Assembly (NCBI GenBank): GCA_949358305.1
Contig: OX442314.1
Coordinates: 31,620,001-31,684,000 of the forward strand
Source of the DNA: Strigamia acuminata
Lineage: Eukaryota
DNA length: 64,000 bases
Direction of reading: 5' to 3'
The translations under genes and the position numbers were made by a program. The notes beneath the pieces are model-generated. The model saw only the letters and a list, made by a program, of their open reading frames with translations. It was not told the origin of the DNA and did not search any database. Numbering within the stretch: the first letter of the stretch is position 1; the number at the start of each line of letters is the position of its first letter. Below are positions 1 to 9,945 of the stretch, piece after piece.

Positions 1-1508
1 ATTTATGGGTTGCGTTGTGGCTGCTCAAGGCGCTCATCCGGGTTCACATCGGTCATAATCCTACCCTGTCCCGTGTACTGGTTGGTAGGCAACTGCAAGT
101 TAACGTATTTAACCCAAGAGTTGCTGAAATTGGGACACGGACAGCAGGGAGAGCTGCCGGAGGTACGGGGATACCGATGGTGAAGTGCTCAAATGGCACA
201 GAGAGTTCGTTAGGGCGTAGGAACGATATCTGTGCGTTCAGGTAGCTACCAACTTTGAAAAAAGATTGGGAATCTAGCCTGTAACTTTTGTTTCTGAATT
301 TTATTCACTCTTGCTTGATTTCTGGGCTACTGCAGTTTGTTAAAGGACTGTGCTCAAACCACAGTCTGGAGCAATCTCTGTAATTTGGAAATTAGTTGTT
401 TTTACATCTTTTTCATTTTTTACTTTTTCTCTAAACTTCCCTATCTATGATTTTCATGGTTTTCTTGGGACTCCACACCTGACAGCGGTAATAATCACCT
501 CAAATGCCGGGTTGTATACAGCGTCAAATGGAGGGCGATATGGCTTCACAATGGCGGCTGAAGGGTGGGACCCAAGGCGACTAGGGACAGAAGATGCATT
601 TCCTTCTTACTTTAAGTGCAACTGACTGTTCCACAAAAAACACCATTTCATTGGGATGAACAGACATCTCAGTGTAGGCACGTTTCTGTCGAAAGGCAGC
701 CTCGTGCAGACTGGAATGAGTCTCCGAAAGGGGTGAGCGGGCGCGTTTGTTGGTCTCTTGGGGCAGAAGAAGAGATTGCAACAATATCCCCGTAGTGTAA
801 ATATCTGCAAAAACCTTCTGCTAAAAATTGGAACTTTTTGGGTGTCTTTTAGATTAAAAAACACCCAGTATTTTGTAATTTTTTATTTTTATTTTCTTAT
901 CTTTCTTCCTCTGTTTCTTCTTGCGAGGCATCAAGAATCGGTTTGTCTGCGCGCTAGCGCGGTTTGATTTTGTTATTTGTTGCTAACAATGATAAAATTA
1001 ACTGGTTTGAAAATTTCGAAGTTCTACAGACATGATTTCGTGCTTTTTTAGAAAAGCACAAAAGTCATGTTTTTGTGGAATCAGACCATTTTGATCTGGT
1101 TCAGAACTTCTAGTTCCAAACCGAAAAATCACTATTGTTTTTTCAAAAAGTGTTGTTTTTTCTGCAGAAATGTAGGAATTGGAACATTAAAACGGTCGAA
1201 ATTTTGTTTTTATTTTAAAAATCAAACATGGCGACTGGAAAGACAATAGAAAAACATGTGGAAATCTCGGAATTTTCGAGAATGATTGGAATTTCAAATT
1301 TCGACATTTTCTTGGAACTCTGGGAAATTGATTCTATGAATTATTTTAATTTTCTACCAATGGGAAACCAGGGGGGGGAAGTGACATCACTAATCCCTCT
1401 CCCAAGAATGGCTACTTGAGCCTAATCTCCTGTCTCCTCATTGGTCGTGACTTAATTCCACTTGTTCACCTTGCAAGCTGCGGTCCTGCTTTTGGTCACA
1501 TTGTGTCA

Positions 1509-3110
1509 ATGCCAGCGACCAGAACTGGTAAGACCACGTGGGACTCTCCTGCACCTAATTCTTTCACACCCGCAACGGATTCAGATTTGAACGACTCGGA
1601 TAATAATTCGATTGCTTCTTCAAACGACAATATGTCAAGTCCTAAAGTTAAATTGTTGGATCAAGCGATGCTTGAAACGACTTGCAACGTCTTTAATCTA
1701 GTTATCGATGATATGACAACCTACGAAGTGTGGGAAGACACGCTTCTGAAAGTAGCCGATCACTTGGTGGAACTCCAAGACAAATCGGATAGCACTATGC
1801 GTCAATTAACGCAAACGCGCACGGAATTCGGTGATATTAGCGACCGGTTAACTCATGCTTTGCAGGAGTTAGACTCTGCGAAATTATCGAATGAAAGCTT
1901 GTTGAAGATGATAGCTAGTCAAAAAGCTATCGTTGACAGCGTGGTGGCGGCTGGACAATCGAATTTGAGAGCACAATCTGCAATCTCAAACACGATTTCT
2001 CCCACCGTGACAACACCAAACTCTGGATCCAGCACAGGCTCAACGCCTACGACTGGAAATCCTCTTTTTCTGGCTTGGGGAGAAAAGTTTCTTCACAAAA
2101 CTGACCAGGCTATGCCTGCTCCCAGGCCAATGGATGAAGTAGAGCTAAGTAAACGAGTCAAATCCATTGGAATTGAAGCGTTTGCAGGGGACAAAACGAA
2201 AGCTAAGTCTTTCCTTATTGATTTAAAACGTTCTCTACGCTTTGCTTTGCCCTATCTGAACCAAGTGCTTGCTGAGCATTTGTTTAAGTTTTTCCGAGGA
2301 GATGCGGCCACATGGTTCTCTTCTCATGCCAAAACGAATTGGGAGGAATTCGAACATGAATTTATCACCCATTTTCGTCCGAGCGATGCGCTGCTTTTAG
2401 CAGAAATCGCTAAAACACAGCAACTGTCTCATGAGTCTGCCACCCAAGTGGTGATAAGACTCGAGAAGTTATACGCTCAATTGACTATTCCTGTGCACGA
2501 GAGCCAGCAAATTCAAAAAGTGCTGGCAATTCTGCGCCCAGCGGCCAAAAACATGGTCGCAAATGCCATTAATTTGGAGAACACTTGGGCGTCGCTCAGG
2601 AGAGCCTGCATTGCTACGGAGGCCGCGATCATAAATCAGGAAACTGTGACAAATGCAGCAATCATTGAGGCGGCAAAAACAGAAACTGTTACGCCAATTC
2701 AAAAATCCAACCAGCAAATGGTAACAATACCAAATGCTGCGGGTGGAGATAAACCGAAATTTGTTCCGTTTGGATTGAGAAATCCAAACAATAGAACACT
2801 GTTCCCTGCGCCTAAAAATGCTGCGATAGCAGCAACAAAGGCCGCAGAAGGCAACGAGAAGGCGCTAGTCCCGAGCAATAGGCTCAAAGATTATGCGACC
2901 AAACCAAGAGTTGGCGGTTGCTGGGGCTGCGGTGGCGCACACTTTGAAAGGGATTGCCCCCTTAAAGTGGAAGCCGCTAAAGCAGCAATGGAAACAATCG
3001 CCGCTGCCCAACACAGCATGATGCAGGCTATGCTTGCAGCCAATGAATTTGGTGGCTGGCCTGACATGGCGGGAAACGAGGAGTCGCAGTCGACAGAAAC
3101 CCCCGAGTAA
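1509..3110 (+). CDS. gag: Gypsy Gag (coiled coil, retrotransposon capsid-like core, zinc knuckle)
   Basis: First ATG at 1509 within ORF 1416-3110. Capsid-like FFRGDAATWF..WEEFEHEFITHF; knuckle CWGCGGAHFERDC; directly upstream of pol. Confidence 0.92.
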   Translation: MPATRTGKTTWDSPAPNSFTPATDSDLNDSDNNSIASSNDNMSSPKVKLLDQAMLETTCNVFNLVIDDMTTYEVWEDTLLKVADHLVELQDKSDSTMRQLTQTRTEFGDISDRLTHALQELDSAKLSNESLLKMIASQKAIVDSVVAAGQSNLRAQSAISNTISPTVTTPNSGSSTGSTPTTGNPLFLAWGEKFLHKTDQAMPAPRPMDEVELSKRVKSIGIEAFAGDKTKAKSFLIDLKRSLRFALPYLNQVLAEHLFKFFRGDAATWFSSHAKTNWEEFEHEFITHFRPSDALLLAEIAKTQQLSHESATQVVIRLEKLYAQLTIPVHESQQIQKVLAILRPAAKNMVANAINLENTWASLRRACIATEAAIINQETVTNAAIIEAAKTETVTPIQKSNQQMVTIPNAAGGDKPKFVPFGLRNPNNRTLFPAPKNAAIAATKAAEGNEKALVPSNRLKDYATKPRVGGCWGCGGAHFERDCPLKVEAAKAAMETIAAAQHSMMQAMLAANEFGGWPDMAGNEESQSTETPE

Positions 3111-6100
3111 CTGACGACTGCGCTCTCACTATTGTGTTGATTCCAATGGAAGAAGACATGGAGGATGCGCTATTTGATGACATTTCATCCACAGAGCCAG
3201 ATCCTCGCGTGGTTTTTTCCACAGAACCTGAAATCGATCATGTTAACGTTGCTTTAAAGACAGGAAAGAGTATTACTCCCCTGCCTTACTTCAAAGCAAC
3301 ACTAAACGGCTTAAAAGTCACCGCTCTGATGGATACTGGGGCAACCCATAGGTACATCAGCGGAGGAATGCTTAAAAAGCTAAACCTCTTGCACTTTATG
3401 ACTCCATTTTTAGAAAATCGAGTTGTATACACTGGCGATAGACCAACACGTCCAATCGGAACAATCACATTGCCACTCAAGTGGCGGGGTGGTGAAATCC
3501 CTGTGACATTTACTGTTCTTCCATCAGCTTCCAAATTTATATTATTAGGTTGCTCTTGGATTATCGAAAATAGGATTGTTCTCAATCTAACAGATCGAGA
3601 ATATTTCTTTCTTGATTTTCCACATGACACATTTCCCTTCGACGACCCACCATCGCCTGAAGAACTTGGAAATGCAATAATGGATCGATGGGATGCTTTG
3701 GTTGCAGAATCAAAGTCACCTTCTGTCTCCACGGCTGATTTGAGCCAGAGACTGTTAGCAAAAAGCAATTTGTCACCAAGGCAGAGATCTCAAATCTTAA
3801 CTCTTGTAGAAAAATACAGACATGTGTTTAGTGACAAAGCTGGCTGCCACCCCACGTTGGAACATCCAATTCCGACTGGAGATGCACCTTCATTTCGATG
3901 CAAAGACCGACCAATGAATCCCAAGAAAGCTGAGATTTATCGCGAATTGGTTGCTGAATTGCTGAGAGATGGTTGGGCCGAACCTTGCGAGGGGAGTTAT
4001 AAAAATCCCCCCGTGATTGTTGCAAAGAAAGACGGAGGGTACCGCCTCTGTATTGACTTTCGCTGGCTAAATAAGATCACAATTAAGGACGTCTACCAGA
4101 TGCCCTCAATTTCTATGATTTTGGCCTGTTTAGGTGGAAAAAAGTTCTTTTCTACTTTGGATTTAACTAAAGGTTATTACCAAATAAAACTTAAATCAAG
4201 TGACAAGAAGAAAACTGCTTTTTCTACTTCTGATGGAACATACCAATTTACTCGTATGCCCTTCGGACTGTGCAATGCACCCAGTGCATTTCAAAGAATG
4301 ATGGATCAAGTTCTTGGAACTGCACAACACAAGTGGGCACTCGCTTACCTCGATGATATTATCATTTTTAGCGACTCATTTGAAGAACACCTTCAGCATT
4401 TAGATGACATATTGTCAAAATTAGATAAAAACAAATTGACAGCGAGTCCGTCAAAGTCATTTATTTGCCCTGAAGAATTAAACTTTCTTGGTTTCACGAT
4501 GTCAAATGGGGGTTATAGCCCAAACAACGACAAAGTGGAAGCAATTTTAAATTATCCGACCCCTTCCAGTATAAAACAGCTTCAGCGTTTTATTGGGATG
4601 GTGGGTTTCTATGCTGCTCTAATTCCAAAACTGAGTATTACTCAAAAACCATTTTTTGCCCTTTTAAAGAAAGATACAAAATGGGAATGGTCTGAAGAGT
4701 GCAATGTTGCTTTCGAATATCTGAAAAACCAGCTTGCAAAAGGAATTGTGCTACCTCTGCCTGATTTCGCTCGCAACTTTACCATCCATACAGATGCTAG
4801 TGGCGGCGGGCTCGGTGCAGTCCTCATGCAACTGGATGACCATGGTGCTTTAAGACCAGTTGCGTACGCCAGCAGAACTCTGCAAGGCGCGGAAAACAAC
4901 TACAGCACCACTGATTTGGAATGTTTAGCTGTGGTTTGGGCTGTTGATAAGTTCAAACCATACATTGAATATTCTGAGTACCAAGTTGAGACTGACCATC
5001 ATGCTCTGAGATTTCTCATGACAATGGAAAACCCAGCTGGAAGACTGGCTAGGTGGGCAATGAAATTGCAGAATGAAAATTTCACCATCAAGTACCGAAA
5101 AGGCACCGACAATCAAGTCGCGGATGCCTTATCCAGAGTCTCTCTTGATAATGGCAATCCGTTAGAAGGAAAAGCAACTCTAACAGAGATTATAGAGCCT
5201 GTTGCTCTAGCTTATCTCACAAATGAGACCGATTACCCGATGTCTTTCGAGAACATTATATTACAGCAGCGTGCAGATAAACATCTTTCAAAACTAATCG
5301 AATGGTTGGAATTGGATGATGGACAACCTCGACCAGAACTTCCTAAGTTCTTGGAAGAAAGGCAGTACGACTGCACACTCACTAGAAAAGGAATGCTTAT
5401 TATTTATGCACCCTTTAAAACTGATTTCTTTGTGGAGGAAGAGGATTTGGGAATTGGATTTAAAATCTTTATTCCACCATCTCTGCAACTCGCAGCACTT
5501 CAACTAATTCACGACCATCCGATGGCTGGTCACGGAGGAGTTGAAGTAACTCTAGAGCGATTGAAAAGAGTTTATTTCTGGCCTGGCATGCAAAAAGAAG
5601 TAAAACTTCATGTAGCAAGCTGCAATCGCTGCCAACGCTGCAAACCGATTCAGAGAAAACCAAAGGGATTGATGGTCCCAACTTCTCCAAAAATTGGTCG
5701 TTTTGAGAAGATAGGAATCGATCTAATAGGTCCATTACCTAGAACCTCGAACAGAAATCGCTTCATTCTAGTTGTGGTGGATTATGCCACCGGCTGGATG
5801 GAAGCTACACCGCTGAGATCCGCCAAAATGACTGCAATTGCACCAATTTTAAAACGATTTTTCAGCTGTCATGGGTGCCCCCGTTTCATGTTGAGCGATA
5901 ATGGCCCCCAATTCATTTCTGACGTGTTTCAGACTCTCTGTGACGATGCAGGGGTTGTGCCAATTAAAGCAACGCCTTACCATCCCCAGACTAACCTGAC
6001 TGAGCGCGTAAACAGGAATATCAAGATTATGCTTCGAATTTTTACATTTGAGCACGATCACTGGGACAGATGCATCGACCAGATAAATTTTGCTTTGCAT

Positions 6101-6844
6101 TCTGCCCCAAATGTGTCTACCGGTTTTACACCAGCAATGCTGACGTATGGCAGGGAATTGCGACCATTTTGGGATAATCGAGATGTGTCTTATGACACCC
6201 CATTCGACCCAAATAGGCCCTACGACGCTGTCAGAATGCTAGTCGCTAGACACCGTACTCTGATTGCTGCAGCTCTTAAAAATAAGAGTCTGGCCCAAGC
6301 AAAACAGAAAACTTACTACGATCAACACCGCAGCGACGATAAGTTCGAAATTGGAGACTTGGTTCTACTAAAGACCCACCCATTGTCCAATGCTGCTAAT
6401 CGATATGCTGCGTCCCTTGAGGATCGCTTTGAAGGACCTTATGTAATAACTAAAGTCTTTAACAACAATGCGTATGCCCTTGCGAAACCAATAACTTTGC
6501 AAGCGAGGGGTACACACAACATTGTAAAACTCAGGAGATTCATCCCCTCAGAAGAAAAGGCTGAATGGCCCATTTTAGATAAGGAAGATGAAGAAGTTCT
6601 TGAAAACCAACCTGTGGACACTGGAACAGCAACAATATTGCCAACTCCAGTGCAACCAACGGAATCTGGTATCGCAACTAAGTTGCCAACACCAGTAAAA
6701 CCTTTTGGGAAACCAAAAAGAATAAAACCCTTGCTGTTGCCACAAGTGGATTCACAAAAACCCACGACGGCTCGACCAAAACCAAATTCGGACTCAAATA
6801 GACCTTCGAGAAATCACGTTTTACCGATCCGATATCGGGATTGA
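3065..6844 (+). CDS. pol: Gypsy Pol polyprotein (protease, RT, RNase H, integrase), intact
   Basis: ALMDTGA protease; LDLTKGYYQ, MPFGLCNAP and YLDDII in RT; TDASGGGLGAVL in RNase H; HHCC; IDLIGP/SDNGPQF/TERVNR in integrase; GPY motif. Gypsy domain order. Confidence 0.97.
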   Translation, partial: HGGKRGVAVDRNPRVTDDCALTIVLIPMEEDMEDALFDDISSTEPDPRVVFSTEPEIDHVNVALKTGKSITPLPYFKATLNGLKVTALMDTGATHRYISGGMLKKLNLLHFMTPFLENRVVYTGDRPTRPIGTITLPLKWRGGEIPVTFTVLPSASKFILLGCSWIIENRIVLNLTDREYFFLDFPHDTFPFDDPPSPEELGNAIMDRWDALVAESKSPSVSTADLSQRLLAKSNLSPRQRSQILTLVEKYRHVFSDKAGCHPTLEHPIPTGDAPSFRCKDRPMNPKKAEIYRELVAELLRDGWAEPCEGSYKNPPVIVAKKDGGYRLCIDFRWLNKITIKDVYQMPSISMILACLGGKKFFSTLDLTKGYYQIKLKSSDKKKTAFSTSDGTYQFTRMPFGLCNAPSAFQRMMDQVLGTAQHKWALAYLDDIIIFSDSFEEHLQHLDDILSKLDKNKLTASPSKSFICPEELNFLGFTMSNGGYSPNNDKVEAILNYPTPSSIKQLQRFIGMVGFYAALIPKLSITQKPFFALLKKDTKWEWSEECNVAFEYLKNQLAKGIVLPLPDFARNFTIHTDASGGGLGAVLMQLDDHGALRPVAYASRTLQGAENNYSTTDLECLAVVWAVDKFKPYIEYSEYQVETDHHALRFLMTMENPAGRLARWAMKLQNENFTIKYRKGTDNQVADALSRVSLDNGNPLEGKATLTEIIEPVALAYLTNETDYPMSFENIILQQRADKHLSKLIEWLELDDGQPRPELPKFLEERQYDCTLTRKGMLIIYAPFKTDFFVEEEDLGIGFKIFIPPSLQLAALQLIHDHPMAGHGGVEVTLERLKRVYFWPGMQKEVKLHVASCNRCQRCKPIQRKPKGLMVPTSPKIGRFEKIGIDLIGPLPRTSNRNRFILVVVDYATGWMEATPLRSAKMTAIAPILKRFFSCHGCPRFMLSDNGPQFISDVFQTLCDDAGVVPIKATPYHPQTNLTERVNRNIKIMLRIFTFEHDHWDRCIDQINFALHSAPNVSTGFTPAMLTYGRELRPFWDNRDVSYDTPFDPNRPYDAVRMLVARHRTLIAAALKNKSLAQAKQKTYYDQHRSDDKFEIGDLVLLKTHPLSNAANRYAASLEDRFEGPYVITKVFNNNAYALAKPITLQARGTHNIVKLRRFIPSEEKAEWPILDKEDEEVLENQPVDTGTATILPTPVQPTESGIATKLPTPVKPFGKPKRIKPLLLPQVDSQKPTTARPKPNSDSNRPSRNHVLPIRYRD
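3071..3125 (+). promoter_or_regulatory. -1 programmed ribosomal frameshift signal (G GGA AAC plus downstream stem)
   Basis: Heptamer GGGAAAC at 3071-3077 is in the correct gag phase. The pol (-1) frame opens at 3065 after a TGA at 3062. CGCAGTCG (3085-3092) pairs with CGACTGCG (3115-3122) after a 7-nt spacer. Confidence 0.85.
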
Positions 6845-7065
6845 CCGCTAGGTGACACTTCAAATCGGGAGACCCATTTGGACCAATCACAGACTGTTTA
6901 CAAAACATCTGCGGTCCATACGCCAATTAAACGTTCGCGAAACGTCTTCCGGTTCTATACTTAGCCACCACCATTTGTTGTCCAAATCACTTATTCGCTG
7001 CGATCGCCACTGACCAGTCGTGTGGAACTTCTCTGGAAAATCGAAACGAAAAGATTGGAAAAACG

Positions 7066-8331
7066 ATGGAAAATCACCGAAACAACGAATGGGTTCAGTG
7101 CCCAATCTGTAACGGCTTCGGCTACATCACGCTGTGGAATCTATCGCGGATCCCGTGCATGAACTGCGGCGGAGACGAAATCGTTCTGGCGGACCAACCA
7201 CTCGAGGAATGGTTCGTCATGTTCATGACGCTGCCCGGTCAGCCGATTCCACAACATCACCGACAAATTAACTGGATGCGCGTCCGATCGCGCACAGACC
7301 GCGAAAGGGAAGTCGCAGACAGGGAACAAGCGAGTGCGACGAATGCCACACCGACGGAACCCCCAAAGAAAAGACAGAAAACGGCAACAAAGAGCGTACG
7401 CTCTCAACCGCCGCCGACTGCCTCTACCAATATTTCTACGAAGAAACCCGCAGCGACGACGTCGCAGAAGGTTCTTCGTCCGCCACATAAGCCATTTGTG
7501 CTTAAAAAGAAGGCTGCCGAGGAGACAAAAGCGACCGTACAAAGTACCGTCGCCCCAACTCCTCACCAACCACCGACCGCCCGTCCAAACATTTCGGAGA
7601 AATTGCTGGAAATGCGACGACTTGTGGCGATCGAAAATCCTACGTTGAGTGAACGAAGCGTGAACACCGAAGCAAAAATTCGGTACAGAGCGAAAAAACA
7701 CGCGGACCATAAGGACCGAATGGCGAAAAGAGACGCCGAGAAAGCGGCTCATCAGCAATTGACTGCGCCATCGGCCACAATCACATCGAATGCACCACGC
7801 GCACTCGTTAAGAAAATCCCAGCTCAAACGGAAAAAACTCCCGATGAGCTACGAACAGCTTGGGCGGGACAGTACGGTCCTCAACCAATCCAAGGTATTG
7901 TGAACCTGATCCCGACCAAAGCCACGGCGGCCGCAATCGCTTTTCCAGCAGCCTGCCAACTACCGCAAACGATGTTTGGTGCCAATACAGCGGCGACGCC
8001 GGCTGTCATTATGCCGCCGATGGTTGGAGAACGCCCGACGAACGTCGTGTTCCAGGGATTCGCGGATCCTCCACCAGTTTGCGACAACAATGTAGTCGCC
8101 ACCGAAGCAACGATCGAGACCGCGATGCAGATTGACGGCGCACCGAACGAGGAGTCGCACACGCCGCCACCACCACCGCCAGTCGTTCCCGAGCCCAAAG
8201 CTACCGCCGTGAAAAAGAAGTCGAATAAGAAGTCACGCAAGAAGCTAGCAGAAGAATTCGTCGACGACAAAACTGAAGAAGAGCCAAAAACCGACGATAC
8301 GCCACCCACACCGGGGAAATCGCTGCAGTGA
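7066..8331 (+). CDS. Gypsy accessory ORF3, 421 aa, non-env; N-terminal CxxCxGxG...CxxC, basic NLS-like tracts, Pro/Ala/Thr-rich
   Basis: Open in both young copies; a frameshifted homologue is present in B; no signal peptide or TM segment is evident. Confidence 0.8.
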   Translation: MENHRNNEWVQCPICNGFGYITLWNLSRIPCMNCGGDEIVLADQPLEEWFVMFMTLPGQPIPQHHRQINWMRVRSRTDREREVADREQASATNATPTEPPKKRQKTATKSVRSQPPPTASTNISTKKPAATTSQKVLRPPHKPFVLKKKAAEETKATVQSTVAPTPHQPPTARPNISEKLLEMRRLVAIENPTLSERSVNTEAKIRYRAKKHADHKDRMAKRDAEKAAHQQLTAPSATITSNAPRALVKKIPAQTEKTPDELRTAWAGQYGPQPIQGIVNLIPTKATAAAIAFPAACQLPQTMFGANTAATPAVIMPPMVGERPTNVVFQGFADPPPVCDNNVVATEATIETAMQIDGAPNEESHTPPPPPPVVPEPKATAVKKKSNKKSRKKLAEEFVDDKTEEEPKTDDTPPTPGKSLQ

Positions 8332-8819
8332 AGTTTTCGCCGCCATTTTAAAGGAGATTTTGGCCAAGCCTGTTAAGACTTTTATAGTGCCAGAAATAAT
8401 TTTTTTTTTATTGTCAAAACAAGTTTTTTTTTATTATTAATTATTCCAAAGTGTTAAAATTAGCATACTTACCTTTTAATGTTAAATGGATTCAATAACT
8501 ACAAATGTTAGATTTTAAAGTTCAAAAAGTGTTTTTTATTCATATATATTTTTAAATTACAAGTGTTATTTTACATTTTTATTTTTCAATAGTGTTTAAA
8601 TTGTACAAGTTTTTCCATCCTGGGGGTAAGTGTGTGTGTGTTCCTTTGTAGTGTTGTTATTTTCCCAAGTGCATTCCTACCGGTGATCTTCGTTCTAGCT
8701 GATGGCTCGTCCGAAATATGGTCATCTGATAATCTGAAAAAAGAAAAGTAATGCGATGTGTTAACTTTCAACAACCACTTCAGTGATTGCGTTGTACCCC
8801 CTCGTACTTACCTTTTTCC

Positions 8820-8831
8820 AGGGGGGGGAAA
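8820..8831 (+). other. Polypurine tract of copy A
   Basis: AGGGGGGGGAAA immediately before TGTGAC. Confidence 0.9.
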
Positions 8832-9454
8832 TGTGACCAGCTGCCCCTGCGCACGGGTCGCTGCACTGCAACGGCAATGCACTTGGCGCAGCTCCAGCGC
8901 CTCTCGTATCTCGCGCAGCCTGTTGCGGTCCCCCGCAACCAGGTGGAGCTGCGGGCCTTTGGTCAAGCAGGATCGGGCCCCGGAAGTCGCCCTTCCGGAA
9001 GTGGTTGGTCCCCGTAGGGACAAGAGAGTTGTTGATCAACCAGCAAGGCGAACGGTCGTGTTGCGACCGCCTCCGAAACTGGCTATTGAGATAACCCAAA
9101 CTATCGGCGTGGCGATGATATCGCCCGCCGGGACCTGAGCGTCCAGTTGCGCCACGTCCGCCGGACGTTAACCGTAACTTCGGCGGCGTGGCCCAAAACC
9201 GATTACCGACCTCGTGTGTCATGGCGGCCGATGGCCGCCGTGCCACGCGGTCTGATTAGGGACGGTTCGAAGGAACCGCCGCCTTGGGAAATACACTATG
9301 GGACACTACAATCATACCCCTAGACATCCAATAAAGCCATAACTAAAACTATATTGTGTCTCCGTGTATTTCGTGGTTTGTTTTATCGTGTGTGTTGCGT
9401 CCAGCGCCTCCGTGGCTCTCCCCCGACCACGTGGCGTCCGTCCGAACACTCACA
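8832..9454 (+). repeat. 3' LTR of copy A (623 bp)
   Basis: TGTGA...TCACA termini; AATAAA at 9330-9335; near-identical to 57807-58429 (reverse complement), with homology ending exactly at TCACA. Confidence 0.93.
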
Positions 9455-9945
9455 ATACAAGTTCAAAATTGATACTATTCCTATCCCACATTTTAGTACC
9501 GCTAGTAAAATTTGAAGTAAGCTTTGGAACATTGACAATGTTAGGTAGGGATCCGCTTTAACGAAATAAAGTATCTAATTCTTTTACTCTTGCACATCCT
9601 ACCATGATTGAAATCTGTTTGAATGCATCTGTGTCAATCACACACTCCACTTCATGACATCGGTTTTCTATTCTTGTTATTTGTTTTTCAATGGACTTTA
9701 TCAACACTACAATATTTTCGGGTAGGTCGCACGGTTACCTTTGGTCACAATCGAGGAAATTGATAATGACCAATACATTGGATTTGATCCACTTCATGGA
9801 AATCAACCTATTCGTACTCAAGAAATTAAGTTCGGAGTCAATTTGTACAAAGAGCAATACACTTATGAGAACTCTAAGCAAATACCAATTTTAACAACTT
9901 TCTTAAGAAAATCATATACTGCTCGCTTGTTTTTTAATATACAGG
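9455..9945 (-). repeat. Dispersed duplicate of ~29420-29895 (decayed unknown ORF), truncated by Gypsy A
   Basis: Direct sequence match, e.g. GAAGTAAGCTTTGGAACATTGACAATGTTAGGTAGGGATCCGC in both copies. Confidence 0.9.

Larger units (their letters stand above)
1..9454 (+). mobile_element. Ty3/Gypsy LTR retrotransposon copy A (Osvaldo-like pol); 5' LTR lies outside the window
   Basis: gag, PR-RT-RH-IN pol, ORF3, PPT and a TGTGA...TCACA 3' LTR occur in order. Including 1-900 in the element is inferred; 925-1405 is homologous to sequence inside relative B. Confidence 0.93.

Noticed and set aside
7141..8309. Antisense ORFs (228 and 142 aa) over ORF3
   Set aside because: Explained by ORF3 codon bias; conservation in C reflects recent common ancestry.
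7066..8331. ORF3 as an envelope (errantivirus env) gene
   Set aside because: No signal peptide, furin site/fusion peptide or TM anchor; hydrophilic and basic.
8758..9246. 126-161 aa ORFs on both strands of the LTR
   Set aside because: GC-rich LTR sequence; the frames are not preserved in LTR B.
9432..9454. TGGCGTCCGTCCGAAC as a primer-binding site
   Set aside because: It lies inside the LTR (before the terminal TCACA) in all three 3' LTRs.
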